55,027 nucleotides of DNA from Sarea resinae. Lineage: Eukaryota. Every line of letters begins with the position of its first letter. The first letter of the stretch is position 1. The translations under genes and the position numbers were made by a program. The notes under the pieces were generated by a model. The model was not told the origin of the DNA and made no database searches. It saw nothing but the letters and a program-made list of their open reading frames with translations. The DNA is taken from contig JAPEUD010000053.1 in NCBI GenBank assembly GCA_026026165.1, forward strand, positions 124,001 through 179,027, read 5' to 3'. Below are positions 49,238 to 55,027 of the stretch, piece after piece.

Positions 49238-49719
49238 ACGTTGACGTTTGCTGCGCGATACGATTTCTTTTCTTTTCCCCTCTCAGCAGGTCAGACGTTC
49301 TTTCTGGCTCTTTGTCTCTCTTTTTAAGGGGGATTTAGCTCATGGCGGGGGTTTTTGTGTGCTGGATAGATGAATCTTTCGTTTTCTTTTTCTTTTCTTT
49401 GGGGTATTGAGGACGAGGGTGAGGGCGAAGATGAAGGTGAGGGTGAGGGATATGTATGTCGATGCATCCTTGGTACTTTTGGGAGACACGGAAGAGAGTC
49501 AGAGTCAGAGGAAGAGCAAAAAAAAGAAAAAGAAAAAAGATACAATAACGTACAATAGCGACACCTGGAGAGAAGACGGATCAATGTCATGTCATGTACA
49601 GCGAAATCCAATCCCATCCGATCCAATCCCATCGCCAATCTTCCAGATGTTCCAAACCTTGTGCCAACCTTCCCGATTTTCACAAACGGCAAACACGGTT
49701 GAAAAACGATAATGATGAT

Positions 49720-49750
<31 letters not shown>

Positions 49751-49997
49751 GTGGGTGATATTCTACTACAGTACCGACTACCTACCTAAGGTAGGTACAC
49801 ATATCTTTATCTCTCAGTACCTACCCTACCTACCCTACCTACCTACTAACCTACCAACCTACCTATCTATCTAGCTATCTATCTATCTAGCTATCTTATA
49901 CGCCCATGTTAATAGGATCAATCGATGGATCATCTACCTACCTACCTACCTAGGTAGGTACTTGCTTTACTTTTACTATACTATATTCCTACGGTAC

Positions 49998-50066
49998 GAG
50001 GAGGAGGAGGAGGAGGAGGAGGAGGAGGAGGAGGAGGAGGAGGAGGAGGAGGAGGAGGAGGAGGAG
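49998..50066. repeat. (GAG)23 trinucleotide microsatellite
   Basis: Read directly; lies between convergent CAT2 and DPH2. Confidence 0.95.
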
Positions 50067-50240
50067 GCTGTGATTTATGGTATGGTATAGTATGATAGAC
50101 TGTTGTTGATTGACATTGGGCGATATGGAAGTTCTTGTAATACGACTCGACATGACACGACTCGGCTCGGCACGCCGGAGTAAGATGATGATAATAATAA
50201 TGAACCAGCACACAACGACTTCCGGCCCCTCGTCCTCGCC

Positions 50241-50276
<36 letters not shown>

Positions 50277-50308
50277 CTCTTCTTTATCTTTTCCTGTCGT
50301 CATCGTCG

Positions 50309-52342
50309 TCACCGTCGTCCCTCGCCCACACCTTTGCCCACGCCCTCGCCCTGACCCTGACCTTCGAAACCCCCATCCCCACCCCCATCACCACCGCCGA
50401 CCGTATACCCCCTCGCGATACCCCTTCTACCCTCTTCCATCACCGCCCCACCCCCCTGCTTACTATCGTCGTCATCGTCATGCTCATACGCGATCTGGAA
50501 ATCGCTGCCAAGGCCCTGCCACGTGCGCTGAGAGCGCAGGAACTCGGCGCCGGGGGAAGGCAGGCCGGCGATCTGGGCGATTTGCGTTGGGGCGCGGGTG
50601 GAGAGTGTGGTTGTTGTTGTAGCGTGGGGGTGTGAGGACGTGGATAAGGAGAAGGAGGAGGATAGGGGGGATGATGGCGATGATGGTGATGGGGAGGTGG
50701 TTGGTTCGTGAGAGTGGGAGTGGGACTGGGAGTGAGAGGGTTGCATTTGCATGGGCCGCGAGTGCGATACGTAACGCCCTGTTCGCAGATCGTATTCCGG
50801 GGGCGCGGATTCCGGGTCGGAGATGGCTTGGTCTTGATCTTGGTCTTGGTTTTGGCCTTGGGGATCGCCAGTGTGTGGTTCTAGATGGTGTTGGATCGTG
50901 GTGGTGGTGGTGGTCGCCTCCTGACTATCTCTCTTCACGTCTGCGTCTGCATCTCCGTCAATCTTCTCCCCACCGTTCGTAAGATCGCTTTCGCCCTCGT
51001 CACGACCACAACGACTGTCGTCTTCCCGCCGGTCCAGAATCCCCTGATAGTCTCCGCGCCACTCGCCCGTCCACACGCGCTCCTCGTCCGGCTGCAGCGC
51101 CAGCTCGAGCTCAAAGGGCGTGACGACGGGCCGCCAGAAGTCCTTGCTCTCGACCAGCGAGCTCTCCCAGCAGCCGACGACGACCCAGCCGGCGATCTCG
51201 GAGAAGTTGGCCACCTTGGCCGCGTTGACCTTGCCGACGACGAACGTGTAGGACTTCTTCCCCGCCGCCGCGATGAGTCGTTGGATGTGCGTGACTATGT
51301 GCAGGTAGTTTTTCACGCTGAGCGTGTTGATGAGGATGCCGAGGATCGGCGCGGTGGTGAGCGAGGTTAGGAGGCCGTAGCGCCGGCTTAGGGCTCGCTG
51401 GGAGGAGGCGAGGAGGGTGGTCGAGGTGGTGGTGGTGGAGGTCGATGTCGATGTCGAGACGGGATAGATCCGGACGGAGGCGACGCGCGAGGAGAGGGTC
51501 AGGAGGAGCGAAGTAGGAGGATCCGCAATGTGAAAAAGGTCGTAGGCTTTCAGATTCGCGCTGTCGTGCTTCACATCGTCCGGGACGGTTCGATTGGGCA
51601 GCGCGGCAGAGGGGTTGTGGATGATGTCTGGGGCGTAGATATGCGCATACCCTTCCTCTTCCGTCAGGCGTCTGTGCAGCCCCGCCATGTGGTTCGTGTA
51701 CGTGACGTCTGCCATCAGGATGATCCTCTGCTCCCGGTCCGGGTACGAGGCCTTGAAGGCGGAGATGACGGCGTCGTGTGCCAGTGGCCAGCAGGTGAAG
51801 ACGTAGATCACGGGCAGACGGGCCGTGGGCGAGAGACAGGCCCGGCCGTAATGCACGACTACGTCCGCGTTGACGTGTTCGGCGGCGATTTCGTCGACGC
51901 AGCAGGCGCCGTAGGAGGTATCTGCCAGGATGAAGAGGCGATCTTCCTCTGGAGGTAACGGCGATGATGCTGGTGCTGGTGCTGGTGCTGGCGTTGAAGA
52001 AATGGCGATTCCGTCCAGCGCGTCACTCAATCCATTCTCCGTCTGACTTTGGCTTCCCTGGGTCTTGCCCGTCTTCGCATCCTCCCGCCGTCCGTGTTCG
52101 AGACCTCGACTCAAGGCCTCAAAGACCCTCGGCGCATCGCCGAGCATGTGGTCCGGGAACTGCAGCGCTATCCTTCGCCATCGCCCCTGTCTGATCTCGG
52201 CCACTGTGCGCTCGATCTCATATGTGATGGCCAGTTCCTCGTCCGAGAGGGGCTTTTCGGTGGCGGGCACGACAGCGGGAGTGGGGTCTTCGAAGATGTG
52301 CGTGTCTGGTGTGGACAGCACGGGGGGTGCTTCGAGATTCAT
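50309..52342 (-). CDS. DPH2: Diphthamide biosynthesis protein Dph2
   Basis: IALQFPD, ILADTSYGACCVDEIAAEH, VHYGRACLSP, VGKVNAAKVANFSEI, PVVTPFEL, RTWQGLGSD, EEGRRGIARGY. Confidence 0.95.
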   Translation of the reverse strand: MNLEAPPVLSTPDTHIFEDPTPAVVPATEKPLSDEELAITYEIERTVAEIRQGRWRRIALQFPDHMLGDAPRVFEALSRGLEHGRREDAKTGKTQGSQSQTENGLSDALDGIAISSTPAPAPAPASSPLPPEEDRLFILADTSYGACCVDEIAAEHVNADVVVHYGRACLSPTARLPVIYVFTCWPLAHDAVISAFKASYPDREQRIILMADVTYTNHMAGLHRRLTEEEGYAHIYAPDIIHNPSAALPNRTVPDDVKHDSANLKAYDLFHIADPPTSLLLTLSSRVASVRIYPVSTSTSTSTTTTSTTLLASSQRALSRRYGLLTSLTTAPILGILINTLSVKNYLHIVTHIQRLIAAAGKKSYTFVVGKVNAAKVANFSEIAGWVVVGCWESSLVESKDFWRPVVTPFELELALQPDEERVWTGEWRGDYQGILDRREDDSRCGRDEGESDLTNGGEKIDGDADADVKRDSQEATTTTTTIQHHLEPHTGDPQGQNQDQDQDQAISDPESAPPEYDLRTGRYVSHSRPMQMQPSHSQSHSHSHEPTTSPSPSSPSSPLSSSFSLSTSSHPHATTTTTLSTRAPTQIAQIAGLPSPGAEFLRSQRTWQGLGSDFQIAYEHDDDDDSKQGGGAVMEEGRRGIARGYTVGGGDGGGDGGFEGQGQGEGVGKGVGEGRR

Positions 52343-52872
52343 GGCGAGGTTGTTTCTGAAGAAAAAATGCTTTGTTTTGGGCCATGCATGTCAACAATCT
52401 TGGTGAAGTTTTCTCGCTAGCGAAAAGAGATCGCGGGGCAGCGAATATCTAGATGGTAGCCCCACCATCGCGCACAGGGCAATATCTGAATGCTACAAAC
52501 ACGGGAGCGTGAAATACATGAAGTGATGATATACAGAAATCCACGGCATAACTCTCAGACCCGCAGGGAGATATACTGAAGTGAATTAAGAATCATCAGA
52601 CTCAACCACACGATGACTGCATGTGCTGCCATTTGTCATCCGAGTCGAGCGAAGTCGGCGGTGAGAGGATGCGTCATATCAAAAACTTCTGAGACTCAGG
52701 CGAGGGCTGCAGCCCAGAAGTGCAAGTACTGTTTGTATGTGCGGCGGTACAGAAGCTACCTTACAGCAGACTCCGACTACCACGAATGCTGTCCCGCCTC
52801 GACCAAAACTCCCCCTCCACCATTCGCACTCCTTCGCCATCTGCTCTTCTTCATCCCATCACCAACCTCACC

Positions 52873-54409
52873 ATGTCGCAATTCCTCAGTTCGATCATTC
52901 CCACGGGATCCAAGTAAGTCAACTGCTTTGTGGCTGCGATCAATGGCTAACACCTCGTCCCCAGGAAAGTCCTACTGGTAGGAATCCCACTGCGACAGCA
53001 ATGCTGGACTGATACTGACTCATTCCTAGCTCGGAGCGGGCTTCGTCACTCGCCCAACGGCAGAGATCTTGGGAGAATCCGGTGTGGGTGTCACAGTTGG
53101 TACGATAGATGGCACTCCTTTTGACTTTCAACCCAATTGACCCTTCTCAGCCTGCCGCACTCTCGAGAGCGCCAAGAAGCTCGCCCATGGCATCAAGAAT
53201 GCTCACCCCATCTCCCTCGATGTCACCAAGGCCGATGCCCTCGACGCAGAAGTGGCCAAGGTCGACGTCGTGATCAGCTTGATCCCATACACGTACCATG
53301 CCACCGTCATCAAGTCGGCCATCCGCGAGAAGAAGAATGTCGTGACGACTTCGTACGTCTCGCCCGCCATGATGGAGCTCGACAAGGAGGCCAAAGAGGC
53401 CGGCATCACCGTCATGAACGAGATCGGCCTGGACCCCGGTATCGACCACCTGTACGCTCTCAAGACCATCAACGAAGTGCACGATGCCGGCGGCAAGATC
53501 AAATCCTTCCTCTCCTACTGCGGTGGCCTTCCCGCCCCCGAGGCCTCCAATAACCCCCTCGGCTACAAGTTCTCCTGGTCTTCTCGAGGCGTGCTGCTAG
53601 CCCTCCGCAACGCCGCCAAGTTCTACAAGGACGGCAAGGTCGAAGAAGTCCCGGGTCCCGAGCTCATGGGCACCGCAAAGCCCTACTTCATCTACCCCGG
53701 TTTCGCCTTTGTGGCCTACCCCAACCGCGACTCGACCCCCTACAAGGAACGCTACAACATCCCCGAGGCCGACACCATCATCCGCGGCACGCTGCGCTAC
53801 CAGGGATTCCCCGAATTCGTGCGCGTGCTGGTAGACATTGGCTTCCTGTCCGAAGACTCCCACGACTTCCTCCAGCCGTCGGCCAACCCGCCCACCTGGA
53901 AAGAAGTCACGCAGAAGGTGCTCTCGGCCACGTCCGGCAAGGAATCGGACCTCGTCTGGGCCATCTCGTCGAAGACCAAGTTCACCGACACGGCCGAAAA
54001 GGAGCGCATCCTGGCGGGTCTGCGCTGGATCGGCCTCTTCTCCTCGGACCCCATCACGCCGCGCGGCACCCCGCTCGACACCCTCTGCGCCACGCTCGAG
54101 CAGAAGATGCAATATGGGCCCGGCGAGCGCGACATGGTGATGCTGCAGCACAAGTTCCTGATCGAGAAGGCCGACGGCTCGACCGAGACCCGCACGTCCA
54201 CGCTTGTCGAGTACGGCGACCCCCAGGGCTACTCCGCCATGGCGCGTCTCGTGGGCGTGCCCTGCGCCGTCGCCGTCCAGCAGGTGCTCAATGGCACCAT
54301 CAAGGACAAGGGCATCCTCGCGCCCATGGACCCCAAGATCAACGACCCGCTGATCAAGGAGTTGAGGGAGAAATACGGCATCGAGTGCAAGGAGCAGGTC
54401 GAGGCGTAG
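52873..54409 (+). CDS. LYS9: Saccharopine dehydrogenase (NADP+, L-glutamate-forming; saccharopine reductase)
   Basis: Exons 52873-52913, 52965-52977, 53030-53099, 53151-54409. KKVLLLGAGFV, NEIGLDPGIDH, SYCGGLPAPE, NNPLGYKFSWS, IRGTLRYQGF. Confidence 0.97.
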
Positions 54410-54980
54410 CGTCTGGTAGATGAATAGATGGGGTGGATATGTCCGGCCGAGACGAGACGAGAGGAAACGAGACCGAGGATGTGCCTACAGTCTGATTCGG
54501 CCGTCTCTCTGGCTCCCTCCTCTCTAGATAGACAAAATTTTAAAAGTCCATGATTTGATTTCCGCCAATAGCAAAGTACCTTCTCATGAATCCGTACGAT
54601 CACGTCCACGTCCACATTCACAATGACGACATGATGACGAAAACAAAAGATGAAGCCATCCAGGCTGGCTTCACGCAGTACTACACGACGTAGATAGGTA
54701 GGTAGATAGGTAGGTAAGGTATGTAGGTAGGTAGACAGACAGGTCGACAGAGAAGACAGAGAAGAGAGCAAGAATGAAACAAAGCCAAGCAAAAGGGCAA
54801 CACGCAACAGGCAACAAGCAGCAGGCAACGAGAACAGAAAGAGTCCAGTCCATGTCTGAAAGCTCCATCCATCTTCTCACCCACCCATGCCCTCTGCCCT
54901 CTGCCCTCTGCCCTATCCCCTTCCCTTCCTCTCCCTCACTCCCATCCTCCCTTCCTTACCAATTCATTCTTAACTACCCG

Positions 54981-54983
<3 letters not shown>

Positions 54984-55027
<44 letters not shown>
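54984..55027. repeat. Terminal poly-C run (44 nt)
   Basis: Homopolymer at the window end; may mark a contig break. Confidence 0.9.

Noticed and set aside
52600..52700. Gcn4/CpcA-like sites (ATGACTG, TGCGTCAT) upstream of LYS9
   Set aside because: Imperfect matches to TGACTCA; plausible for an amino-acid gene but not distinguishable from chance.
54984..55027. Terminal TAACCCCC... as a telomere
   Set aside because: It is a pure C homopolymer, not a (TAACCC)n array; a similar C32 run occurs internally at 16020-16051.
1..55027. tRNA, rRNA or intact transposon genes
   Set aside because: None recognised by eye; no transposase or reverse transcriptase motifs in the ORFs. tRNAscan-SE and Infernal were not run.

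Overview
Gene-dense segment of a filamentous ascomycete (Pezizomycotina-like) genome with short spliceosomal introns and microsatellite-rich intergenic DNA. About 18 genes can be reconstructed by hand. Most are housekeeping: class II DAHP synthase (partial), HYPK-like, GH71 glucanase, NUP purine permease, IKS1 kinase, an F-box-like protein, Ric8, Rif1, hexose-6-phosphate 1-epimerase, Tfb3/MAT1, Bud27/URI, a Ppc89/Cep57-like protein, a Cys-rich protein, carnitine acetyltransferase, Dph2 and Lys9. The standout is a head-to-head pair at 35.2-38.9 kb: a NACHT-WD40 NLR and a HET-S-like HeLo cell-death effector. A short first exon of the NLR, missed by the ORF track, encodes a single amyloid-like motif (DQWQGHRISGHDNRVHNGHTFI) that resembles the two C-terminal pseudo-repeats of the effector, i.e. 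an NWD2/HET-S-type amyloid signalling module with a variant motif. The NLR has a frameshift and a truncated WD40 array next to an AT-rich, RIP-like tract. A tandemly duplicated ~93-nt hairpin at 39.6-39.85 kb has outer-stem mismatches that are all G-U on the minus strand, suggesting a structured RNA. Family assignments come from recalled motifs, not database searches.
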